This document shows positions 55,356 through 64,000 of a stretch of DNA of 64,000 nt, in pieces (position 1 is the first letter of the stretch; each line of letters opens with the position of its first letter). The stretch lies in contig CAZHKN010000001.1 in NCBI GenBank assembly GCA_964532725.1, positions 561-64,560 on the forward strand. Direction: 5' to 3'. The notes below the pieces were generated by a model, which did not search any database, was not told where the DNA came from, and saw only the letters and a list, made by a program, of their open reading frames with translations. This stretch comes from an uncultured Terracidiphilus sp. GTDB taxonomy: Bacteria > Acidobacteriota > Terriglobia > Terriglobales > Acidobacteriaceae. The translations under genes were made by a program, and so were the position numbers.

Positions 55356-57077
55356 ATGCGTAGACATTTTATCTCTCTGCATCTTCTCCCGCTATTGGCC
55401 GTGGCGTTACTTACGCTCATTCGCTCGTCCCAAGGCCAGCGGGCGCAAGCTGCATCGGCGCAGACTCCGGCCCCCATTCGCTTCGAGCTGAAGAGCCTCC
55501 CGTTCCATCTTGAGAACAGCGCGACATCGGCCCGTAATGCGCCTGAGTCCATGGCTGGAGGCGTTGCGGTGTTTGACTATAACGGCGACGGAAAGCCTGA
55601 TATCTTCTTTACCAATGGCGCTGACATCGCAACTCTCAAGAAGTCGTCGCCGAAATACTCCAACCGGCTCTTCCGCAATAACGGCGACGGTACTTTTACA
55701 GATGTCACACTACAGGCCGGCCTGGCCGGGACTGGTTTCGATATCGGCGTAGCTGCCGGTGACTACGATAACGACGGCTGCCCCGACCTGTTTGTCGCTG
55801 GTGTTCACGCCAATACTCTCTATCGCAACAACTGCGACGGCACCTTTACGGATGTCACCAAAAAAGCTGGATTGGACAAATCCATCGACCCCGAATTCGG
55901 TCCGCTTTGGTCAGAGGCCGCGGCTTGGGTCGATGTAAACAACGACGGACTCCTCGATCTCGTCGTCATCAATTACCTGCAGTGGAGCTACTCGGACAAG
56001 CCGCTCTGCGGAGGCAGCGCCGGCGCTGTTGCGGACTACTGCCATCCCCGCTATTACAAGGGCCAACCCAACCAGATATTCCTCAATCAGGGGAACGGAA
56101 CCTTCAAGGACGTTTCCAAAGAGAGGGGCATTCGTGATCATGTGGGTAAGGGAATGGGTGTTGGGGTGGCGGATTACGACCTCGACGGTAAACCCGACCT
56201 TTTTGTTACCAACGATGCGGAGTACAACTTCCTCTTTCATAACCTGGGGAACAAATTTGAAGAAGTAGCTTTTCAAGCCAATCTCGCGTTGCCAGAGGAC
56301 GGCGCCTTCATCTCCGGCATGGGATTGGATTTTCGCGATTACAACAACGACGGCTATCCAGACATCGCATATGTGGCGCTCACCACGCAGACCTTTCCCG
56401 TCTACGTGAATACAGGGAAAGGCGACTTCCTCGAAGTCACTACCCCGAGCGGTATGCGCGCGCAAAGCTTAAATATGTCGGGCTTCGGCGCGGCGTTTTA
56501 CGATTTTGACAACGATGGGTGGAAAGACCTATTCGTAACCCGCGGACACGTCGTCTGGCATGTGCCGCCCGGTTTCAGCGTCGATGAGCCCAATACGGTC
56601 TTTCGCAATCTTGGTCCGAGCGGCAAATGGCAGGCTCTAACCGCCGAAGCCGGCTTTAGCAAAGGCCTTCCCGGCCGCCACCGGGGGTGCGCCTTCGGAG
56701 ATTTTGACGGAGATGGCCGCATCGATGCAGTTGCGACCGGCTTGGACATGGACGCCGAACTCTGGATGAATCGCAGCCCCAATGCCAATCACTGGCTGGG
56801 CATTGCTCTCCGCGGCGTCAAAAGCAATCGAGATGGCATTGGAGCGCGCATCAAGGTGGTCACCAAGGCCGGAGTCCAATATAACCACCAGACATCCAGC
56901 GTTTGTTACGCCTCCTCCAGCCTGGGTCCGGTCCACTTTGGCCTCGGCGCCGAAAGCAAAGCTGCATCGGTCGAAATCACCTGGCCCAGCGGCATTGTGC
57001 AAACCCTGGAAAATGTCGATGCCGACCGCATTCTCAAGGTCACCGAGCCGGTTCTCCCCGCGCCTGCCGCAAAATAG
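55356..57077 (+). CDS. CRTAC1-family (FG-GAP/VCBS + ASPIC/UnbV) protein
   Basis: Sec-type signal from MRRHFISL; GGVAVFDYNGDG, GDYDNDG, RGCAFGDFDGDG, NHWLGIALRG..SNRDGIGARI, VHFGLG, WPSG. Confidence 0.93.
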   Translation: MRRHFISLHLLPLLAVALLTLIRSSQGQRAQAASAQTPAPIRFELKSLPFHLENSATSARNAPESMAGGVAVFDYNGDGKPDIFFTNGADIATLKKSSPKYSNRLFRNNGDGTFTDVTLQAGLAGTGFDIGVAAGDYDNDGCPDLFVAGVHANTLYRNNCDGTFTDVTKKAGLDKSIDPEFGPLWSEAAAWVDVNNDGLLDLVVINYLQWSYSDKPLCGGSAGAVADYCHPRYYKGQPNQIFLNQGNGTFKDVSKERGIRDHVGKGMGVGVADYDLDGKPDLFVTNDAEYNFLFHNLGNKFEEVAFQANLALPEDGAFISGMGLDFRDYNNDGYPDIAYVALTTQTFPVYVNTGKGDFLEVTTPSGMRAQSLNMSGFGAAFYDFDNDGWKDLFVTRGHVVWHVPPGFSVDEPNTVFRNLGPSGKWQALTAEAGFSKGLPGRHRGCAFGDFDGDGRIDAVATGLDMDAELWMNRSPNANHWLGIALRGVKSNRDGIGARIKVVTKAGVQYNHQTSSVCYASSSLGPVHFGLGAESKAASVEITWPSGIVQTLENVDADRILKVTEPVLPAPAAK

Positions 57078-57086
57078 CAGCGGTGC

Positions 57087-58214
57087 TCACTGCTTCGGCG
57101 GCCCGGCCTTCTGCTGCTCCGCCTGAATCTCTTCTACAATCTTGCGTTCCCGCTCTCCATCCTCGGGCCGGTGCAGCTTGTAATAGATCGCCGCCAACTC
57201 GACATGGGGATCAAGCCACTTTGGGTCTTTCTTGATAATGTTCTCGAGAGCCGCGGCGGCCTCATCGTATTTGCCGGTCATGCCATTCAGCTTGGCAACT
57301 TCTAGCCGGGCCTGCGGCCAGTCGGGTTGCAACTGCAGCGCCAATTCGAGCAGCGGGCGCGCGTTCTCATAGTCTCTTTGCTTCAAGCGCGTCGCGCCCA
57401 GGTACAGGCAGGCTGTAAAGTCCTTGGGGTTTTCTTTGAGCGCCGCTTCAAACGCCGGCACTGACTTGTCTGTCTCACCCAACGCATCGTGCGCCTGCCC
57501 CACCATCGTATGCAGCCCTGGCAATGCCGGATTCAGCGCCATCGCCGCATCCAGATCAATCGCGGCCTTGCGAAAATCATTCCGGCGCAATAAGCTATCA
57601 CCGGCAACTACATAAGAATCCGCGGAATGGGTTGTTTGCGCTACTCGCTCCATACGCGGAATCCCATCCTCTGCCTTGCCTATTTGGATCAAGGCAAAGG
57701 CCAGTACATATTCCAAATCCATATTGGACTCATGGCCCGCTTCCATCGGTCCCAACAGCGCCGCGGCATCGGCCATTCGATCCAGCTTCAGATCCGTATC
57801 TCCCAGCAAAACCGCGGCAGGCACATCGCGCGGCCGGGCCGCGTGGACCGCCTCAAACTCCGTGTGTGCGTTGGGAATGTCGCCTTTTTTGTAATACGCC
57901 AGCGCCAGATTCATGCGCACCGCGGCTTTATCCGGAGCCGTGGCCAGCGCCCGCGTGTCCTCTTCGATTGCCGCGTCAAATTGGCCATCGGCTGAGAGCG
58001 CAGCCCCCAGATTCGCTCTCGCTTCCACCAATCCTGGCTCCAGCGCCAGTGCTTTTCTGTACTCTTCTATGGCGTCTTTCACATCTCCGCGGCCCTGCGC
58101 ATCAATTCCGCTCCGCAGATGCTCATCGGCGCTCGCCACAGGCGTAGATTGGCCCGCCTGCGCAACCATCGGCTGCGCCGCAAGCGCCAAAACCAGACCG
58201 AATACTATTCGCAT
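57087..58214 (-). CDS. Exported TPR protein
   Basis: Signal MRIVFGLVLALAAQPMVAQA; TPRs (ARANLGAAL, RMNLALAYYKKG). Confidence 0.88.
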   Translation of the reverse strand: MRIVFGLVLALAAQPMVAQAGQSTPVASADEHLRSGIDAQGRGDVKDAIEEYRKALALEPGLVEARANLGAALSADGQFDAAIEEDTRALATAPDKAAVRMNLALAYYKKGDIPNAHTEFEAVHAARPRDVPAAVLLGDTDLKLDRMADAAALLGPMEAGHESNMDLEYVLAFALIQIGKAEDGIPRMERVAQTTHSADSYVVAGDSLLRRNDFRKAAIDLDAAMALNPALPGLHTMVGQAHDALGETDKSVPAFEAALKENPKDFTACLYLGATRLKQRDYENARPLLELALQLQPDWPQARLEVAKLNGMTGKYDEAAAALENIIKKDPKWLDPHVELAAIYYKLHRPEDGERERKIVEEIQAEQQKAGPPKQ

Positions 58215-58319
58215 CTCTTTCAGGATAAAACACTCATAGCGCCGCCGCACCGCGATGGCTGACCGCGCCCAACACGCCAACGAAGTAACTTACAGCCCCA
58301 CTCGCAGCATGATAATTTC

Positions 58320-61300
58320 TTATTGCTTGCCGGCCGGCGCGGCGTCTCCCTCCGCCGGGACCGCAAGTATTCGCGACTCCGACCCAAATTTCCGGTAGTT
58401 GCGAAATTCCATCGTATTCAGCAGCGCTTCTGAGCGCCCCTGGCGCAAACTTACCGCCGCGCTCACCGGCATCAGAAAATCATGCGCATTGATCAGTACA
58501 TAGTCGTAATCAACTGTGATCGATGTTGAATGCGTGGGGAATTTCGCTGGAATATCATCCGCAACAACTGTCAACCGGCGCACACTCCGCGTCGCGCTGT
58601 CGATGTACACCTCGCCGTGATAGCCGACAGCAATGTCATCATTGTTTGACGCCGTTACATGGAACATCGAGTTAGCCTTCGCTACGCGATAACTGAAAAC
58701 CTGCACCTTGCCGTCGCCGAGCGTGTCCGTCTCCTTCCAGGTAAACTGCGCCTGCGCAGAGTCGGCAAAGACCGCCCGCAAATCGCCGCCCAATTCTCCG
58801 GTTGAAAATACGCCGATCTTCATTCCTTCGCGCTCGCCATTGCTCGGTTTGCCATCCACTGCAACAATCTTGCGTTCCTCCGACTTATCCTTGTAAGTCA
58901 GCGTCTCCGCGATCGTGTCGAGATGCTGCCACCGAGTCCCGCCCGAAGGATCCTTGGAGCGATTTGTAAGCTGCAGACAGATAAAATTCGGCAGGGAATC
59001 CGCATAGCCCACAGCGCGCTGTCTTGCCTCGGCGATCAGCGAATCAATCTCTGCCTGAGAGGGAGCGGGAACCGGATGCGCAGGCACAGCGATCGCCAGC
59101 AAGCCCATCGGCAAAGCATCATCGCTTCCTGCCGTTACGTTCACACTGAGATCTGTGGCCGCTGGTCCGCCGCCGTGCCCAATTCCCGGCGCGCCTGCCG
59201 CCTCGGCTAATAGTTGCGGTCCGCCTATATTGAATACTGCCGCTCGCTCCACGGCCTTGTCTCCCTGCGTCAATATTGCCTTGACTTCATAGGTTCCCGG
59301 CCGAAGAGCAGTCGTCTTGAAGGTCGCGAGATACTGCTCCGCCCCGCCATTCGAAGTCACCTTCAGCGGCATCGCCACACGCTTGCCTTCATGTCCGGGC
59401 CGCTCCACGGTCATCTCCAGCTTTGGCGGAGAGGCACTATTTGCATCGGGATGCAAAATGAAAAACACCGAGACCGTTTTGTCGTCAGCCGATAGCTGGC
59501 CGGAGAGATTCGGTGTCACTTTGCCATCCTCATATCGCAACGGTTCCGTGAGGTCTCCGCTCTCGTCCACCTTATCCATCTGCCGCACGAGAATCATATC
59601 GCTCAATGCGGGGCCTGTTTGCGCTGCTGCCGAAATTGTAAAATTCTTCCGCTCCGCGCTTTTCTGCCCGCTGTTCCGGTCCAGAATTGCCGTTTCAAGA
59701 ACGTACTTTCCAGGCTCGGCGTAGAAGTGGCGCTGCATCGCTACCGCGCCTTGCTTGGCTTTCTCCAATTCTTCCAGAGAGCCGTGCCGCACAATATCTT
59801 CGCTGAAGTGCTCTACTATAGCGCCGTTTTTGTCCCTGATTTGCGCCATCATCGAAACCCGAGCCACATAGAGATTGGTACGCGCATCCTGTCGAATCTC
59901 CAGCGTCCCGAGCGGTGCTTCCATCACCAGCGAGTTCGCATTTCCATCGGGCAACTCGCCGAGCTGCAAGACTCCGGCATTGAACTTCAGCTCGGCAGGC
60001 AACTGGGGTTCTTCCAGCATCTTCAGCAGAGGTGCTTCAAAGGGCTGAATCACGCCTTCATCCCCTTGTGGCACGGAAAAATAACCTTCTTTATGCCGGA
60101 TGCTCAGGCCCGCGCGCAGCGGTCTCACGCTGATTGCCCGGTACTTGCCGTCATAGTCCTGCACGGGAGCCGCATAAGTCAGTTGGTAATAGGTTGTCAG
60201 ATCCTGGTGCATCTGGGCCAGGATCTTCTTCAAATTATCCTCAGGGTCAATGTAACCGCCTCCAGTTCCGGTTGCCAGATCGGCCAAGGGACTTTTGGGC
60301 GCGAATGGATTGTCTACCTTTTGCCGAGTGAAGTCGGTCATCATCTGTATATCTTGGGATTGGCCCCAGACCGGGCCTTGAGCCGAAGGTGTACCCTGGA
60401 TTCCTGACGGCAATTGCTCCTGCTGCGGTATAACGGTGGCTGTGTAGCCGTTGCCGCCGCCGACGGGGATTGGCGCCGGATTGAATGGAGCGGGTCCATT
60501 CAGCATTGCGTTATCTTCCTGATACCGTGTTCCTCCGCCGTAGGCATTCATATCGAAGGTGTAAATGCTTACGGCGGCCTTGCTTGCAGCCCCTGAAATT
60601 GTCTGCACCATTGCCTTGGCCGAGGAATCCAGTGGAGGCCCTTGCGCGAAATAGATGATGGCCTTTCTCTCAGTAGCCCGCTCCATTGATTGCGACAAGG
60701 CCAGCAATCCCGCCAACGATGGGCGCGTATGCTGGTTTTGAGCGATTTTTTGCGATCCCTCCAGTGCAGCCAGCAAAAGTTGAGCCTGGCCTCTCTCCGC
60801 GGCGGTGGCGTGGTGTCCCGCGGGGTTGATGCCAGTGTGCGCAACTGCTATCAGCTCCTCTTCCGCCACTTTGGTTGCTTCGGTCTTCTGACGGTCCTGA
60901 CCGGATGTCGCCGTCTTCACTGCCTGCAATAGCTCATTGCGATTCGAGGTAAACCGCTGCATCAGCCGCAGCCGCCCGCTTACATCCAGCACGGCGTAGC
61001 TGAATCCTTTTTGTCCAAGTCCATCCAGGACCCGCTCCGCAATCTGCTCCGAGCGCTTCGCAGAAGGCCCCTCCATGCTGTTGAACACCAGCACCACCAA
61101 GTTGCCGGAACCCATCCCCTCTGAGATCAGGCGAAATCCTGTTACCTTCACCGGCGCGCCGTCATCGGCCACGGCAATATCGCCTGCCTGCAAATCCGTC
61201 ACCAGCTTGTGCTTCTTGTCATGCACCACCAGATCGACAGACACTTCATCTACATTCGAACTCAGCAAAGGAACCTGGCCCGCCGTCGCGCTTTGTCCTG

Positions 61301-61427
61301 CCGCTGGAGTCTGGATTGGCGTCGCTCCGTCCGGCGGCGTCTGTCCCTGAGCGCACAAGGCTCCGCAAGCTAAAACTGCGGTCCAAAGCGCGCTCGCAGC
61401 AAGCGTTCTCATTTTGTGTGTTTCCAT
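58320..61427 (-). CDS. Acidobacterial VWA-related protein with C-terminal extension
   Basis: Signal peptide; EVSVDLVVHDKKHKLVTDL, RFTSNRNEL, RKAIIYF, LADLATGTGG, YYQLTY...DGKYRAISVR...EGYF; C-terminal YADSLPNFIC...YRKFG domain. Confidence 0.87.
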   Translation of the reverse strand: METHKMRTLAASALWTAVLACGALCAQGQTPPDGATPIQTPAAGQSATAGQVPLLSSNVDEVSVDLVVHDKKHKLVTDLQAGDIAVADDGAPVKVTGFRLISEGMGSGNLVVLVFNSMEGPSAKRSEQIAERVLDGLGQKGFSYAVLDVSGRLRLMQRFTSNRNELLQAVKTATSGQDRQKTEATKVAEEELIAVAHTGINPAGHHATAAERGQAQLLLAALEGSQKIAQNQHTRPSLAGLLALSQSMERATERKAIIYFAQGPPLDSSAKAMVQTISGAASKAAVSIYTFDMNAYGGGTRYQEDNAMLNGPAPFNPAPIPVGGGNGYTATVIPQQEQLPSGIQGTPSAQGPVWGQSQDIQMMTDFTRQKVDNPFAPKSPLADLATGTGGGYIDPEDNLKKILAQMHQDLTTYYQLTYAAPVQDYDGKYRAISVRPLRAGLSIRHKEGYFSVPQGDEGVIQPFEAPLLKMLEEPQLPAELKFNAGVLQLGELPDGNANSLVMEAPLGTLEIRQDARTNLYVARVSMMAQIRDKNGAIVEHFSEDIVRHGSLEELEKAKQGAVAMQRHFYAEPGKYVLETAILDRNSGQKSAERKNFTISAAAQTGPALSDMILVRQMDKVDESGDLTEPLRYEDGKVTPNLSGQLSADDKTVSVFFILHPDANSASPPKLEMTVERPGHEGKRVAMPLKVTSNGGAEQYLATFKTTALRPGTYEVKAILTQGDKAVERAAVFNIGGPQLLAEAAGAPGIGHGGGPAATDLSVNVTAGSDDALPMGLLAIAVPAHPVPAPSQAEIDSLIAEARQRAVGYADSLPNFICLQLTNRSKDPSGGTRWQHLDTIAETLTYKDKSEERKIVAVDGKPSNGEREGMKIGVFSTGELGGDLRAVFADSAQAQFTWKETDTLGDGKVQVFSYRVAKANSMFHVTASNNDDIAVGYHGEVYIDSATRSVRRLTVVADDIPAKFPTHSTSITVDYDYVLINAHDFLMPVSAAVSLRQGRSEALLNTMEFRNYRKFGSESRILAVPAEGDAAPAGKQ

Positions 61428-61807
61428 GGTCCAATGCTCCAATCCGTTCAACCGGTGGCCTCATTCCGCTCTGCTGTCGCAAGCGATCCAGGCGGATACT
61501 GGCGTTCGTTCGCGTCGCAAAACAGGTATTTCGCTTGTCCGTGAAATTGTATCTGGATGAAGCAACGATTCGCACTTCCTATTCTGGGTGCTCGGCTTCT
61601 CTTCCAATGCGCACGCTAACCCCACCCAAACGATGCCGCAGCAAAGGGCGTGCAAGCAGGAAAACTGTCGCCATTCGATGAGCAAAGCGCCAAATGATCT
61701 TCAGTTGCTCGTTCCGTACCGTCTGGAGACGCCGCCTGCCTGCGTTTACAATCAAAGAATTGGGATATTCCATCAACTGGAATTGCATTGATTGCTCCAT
61801 TAAAGAA

Positions 61808-61883
<76 letters not shown>

Positions 61884-61948
61884 AATAAATAATTGAAATA
61901 ACAAGCTTTACTGTCCACGCGGGACGATTCCATTTTTTGTGGATTTTT

Positions 61949-61980
61949 TGTTTGGCGCCTGTTTTGGTGCCTGTTGGTAC
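61949..61980 (+). repeat. Short tandem direct repeats, candidate integrase arm-type sites
   Basis: TGTTTGGCGCC / TGTTTTGGTGCC / TGTTGGTAC between the tRNA and the integrase start. Confidence 0.5.
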
Positions 61981-62001
61981 AATCAGCGCATCGGAGACGC
62001 T

Positions 62002-63027
62002 ATGACGCGAACAGCTACTCCAAAAAAGTGAAAGGCGTATTGGAGCGTCCGGTTGGTTCCGGCTGCTGGTGGATCAACTACTACGCTGACGGTAAGCAAC
62101 ACCGTGAAAGAGTCGGTCGCCGCAGCGATGCACTCGCACTCTACCAAAAGCGCAAAGCCTATGCGCGGCGCAAGATCAAGCTGCCAGAACTGGTTCGCGG
62201 AAAACTGTCACCTTCGGCCAACTTTCCGAGATGGCGGTGAAATACGCCGAAACGCATCTCGCCTCCCCCGATTACTACAGAACAAAAGACTCTATACTGC
62301 GAGAGCCATTCGGTGCACGTCCGGCTTCTGCGATTACGCCGCAAGAAATCGACGAATGGCTCAGCAAGCACTGCAAGACAAGCGCCACGGCCAACCGATA
62401 TCGGGCCTTTTTCTCTCTTGCCTATCGCCTTGGCATGGAGAATGGCAAGGTTCCGTCAAATCCCGCCCGGCTCGTCCGCCTGCGAACGGAGCACAATGCA
62501 CGGATGCGCTTCCTCAGCCGTGCAGAATATGGCGAACTGGTGGGCATTATCCAGCGTGACAATCCCCAACAAGCGTCCGCATTCATCCTCAGCGTGTACA
62601 CCGGGATGCGCTGGGGCGAGCAGTTCTCTCTGGAGTGGTCGCAGGTGGACCTCAAGCGGAAGATCATCCGGCTGACGAAAACCAAAAACGGTTCCGCGCG
62701 CAACGTCCCCCCTTGAATGCCGTGGCGCTGGAGGCACTCAAAAAGCAAAGAGAAGCTGTACCCCACGAGGCAGGCGATCCCGTGTTTCCGCGTCCTGGCC
62801 CTCGGTCCGATTGCAGCTGGTGGTTTGAACCGGCTCTGCGCGAAGCGAAAATCTCCGAGTACACCTGGCACAACAACCGGCATACCTTTTGTTCATGGCT
62901 TGCCATGGCTGGAGTGAGCACCCGTGAGATTCAGGTTTTGGCGGGACACAAGACCATCACAATGGCCGCGCGTTACGCTCATCTTTCGCCGGACGCCACG
63001 GCCTCGGAGAGGCTTGTTTCCTCGTAA
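62002..63027 (+). pseudogene. Tyrosine recombinase/integrase, frameshifted
   Basis: Fragments in different frames: MTRTATPKK | VKGVLERP..WWINYYADGKQHRE | ATANRY...YTGMRWGE...KTKNG | LN...WHNNRHTFCSWLAMAG...LAGHKTITMAARYAH. Shifts near 62022-62028 (A run), ~62200-62230 and 62707-62712 (C run). Confidence 0.9.
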
Positions 63028-63052
63028 GGCTATTCGGTGAGGAGTTGGGATC

Positions 63053-63358
63053 ATGGCAAGAATCAGTGAACTGCATCAGAAGTGGATGAAAGAGCCGAAA
63101 TACCAGAACGCCCACTCCGCTTTGGAAGATTAATTTGCGCTGTCCAAGGAAGTAATTACGGCCCACAGCCCCGCAAGGCTGACTCGGACGGAACTGGCGC
63201 ACAAGATGGGAACAACTCAGCCGGTTGTCGCTCGGATAGAAGGCGGGCGATTTCAGCCATCCCTGCGCACACTTCAACGTTTAGCGCGGGCAACGGGTTC
63301 CCGGCTTTCGATCCGGTTTGAACGCTGCCCTGCGGAATCGTTGGCCCACTCGTGGTGA
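63053..63358 (+). pseudogene. XRE/HigA-type HTH antitoxin-like regulator with premature stop
   Basis: Manual translation MARISELHQKWMKEPKYQNAHSALED*FALSKEVI...LTRTELAHKMGTTQPVVARIEGG..QPSLRTLQRLARATGSRLSIRF; in-frame TAA at 63131-63133; GAGGAG RBS. Confidence 0.82.
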
Positions 63359-63498
63359 CGGACAGCAATATCAAGTCCTGCCAAAGCCTATAAAGATTGA
63401 CCATCGGGGAGCTATTTGGCCTGAAGTCAACAATCCAACGCCGGACTCATCAGCAGAGTTCTGGGCACTTGCCTACCTTAGGGAACTGAATCATGAAG

Positions 63499-64000
63499 TC
63501 AATGTCGCCGGATCTCCCGCATCAGCCGCTCCAGCGGATTGTTGGTCCTCAAGCTCGCCAGTGCTCCGGCGGCATGGGGTAGTAACTCAGCGTCTCGCCG
63601 ATGCCGTTCTCGACGATCTCCGCGGCCTTGGCCAGCCGCATCAGCCGCAGCTTTTCTACTATTTGGAGAGTTTTTTCTTTCGCTGTCTTGGCGTCTTCCT
63701 GCGCGTGAATGGCCTTGAGCATCGCAGCCACTTCCTTCACCTTGCCGGTGGGCGCCGCGGTCCACACGTTGCGATAGAAATGCACCACACAGCGCTGCCA
63801 CTTGGCCTGGGGAAAGAAGTCCGTCAGGTTCTCCACCAGCCCCAGGCACTTGTCGGAGACGAACAGCTCGACGCCCTTCAGGCCGCGCTGCTTCATCTCG
63901 CGCAGGAAGTTGGTCCAGCTCGCCGAGTCTTCCTTGGCCCCTTCGCTCACTGCCAGAATCTCGCGGTAGCCGCTCTGCGCAACGCCAATGGCCACCAGCA
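63499..64000 (-). mobile_element. IS256-family transposase fragment (frameshifted and 3'-truncated; 5' end outside the window)
   Basis: LVAIGV...GYREILAV..G..EDSASW..FL..MKQRGLKGVELFVSD...WQRCVVHFYRNV; 1-nt loss at ~63555 before LRTNNPLERLMREIRR, then an early stop. Confidence 0.92.

Noticed and set aside
62002-63027. Programmed frameshifting producing an active integrase
   Set aside because: Three separate shifts plus neighbouring pseudogenes indicate decay or sequencing error rather than recoding.

Overview
GC-rich bacterial chromosomal window, most likely from Acidobacteriota (Terriglobia); this is inferred from the gene families present (Oar-like TonB receptor, ASPIC/UnbV, VWA-related and DUF3857 proteins). 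It has four blocks. (1) 1-3632, minus strand: a sulfur-assimilation operon (NitT/TauT/Ssu-type ABC transporter, then cysD running off the window). It is preceded by a consensus sigma70 promoter and a 16-codon leader ORF with five Cys codons (MRMILTKIACCCLCCR) that the ORF track misses. (2) 4227-39516, plus strand: an apparently complete extracellular contractile injection system (eCIS, Afp/PVC-like): sheath, tube, chaperone, cap, AAA+ ATPase, tube initiator, LysM, hub, spike, PAAR-like, gp25, two baseplate-J proteins, tail protein and fibre. It is followed by a DxD glycosyltransferase-like gene and five DUF4157 polymorphic cargo genes with no immunity genes. (3) 39784-61427: an uncharacterised envelope cluster with two CxxCH beta-propeller paralogues bracketed by two copies of a 118-bp MITE, TPR proteins, a DUF3857 protein, two ASPIC/UnbV proteins flanking a TonB-dependent receptor, and a VWA protein. 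(4) 61808-64000: a tRNA with CAT anticodon (probably Ile2), followed by the decayed edge of an island (frameshifted integrase, HTH antitoxin pseudogene, broken IS256). All family assignments come from motif recognition by eye; no database searches were run.
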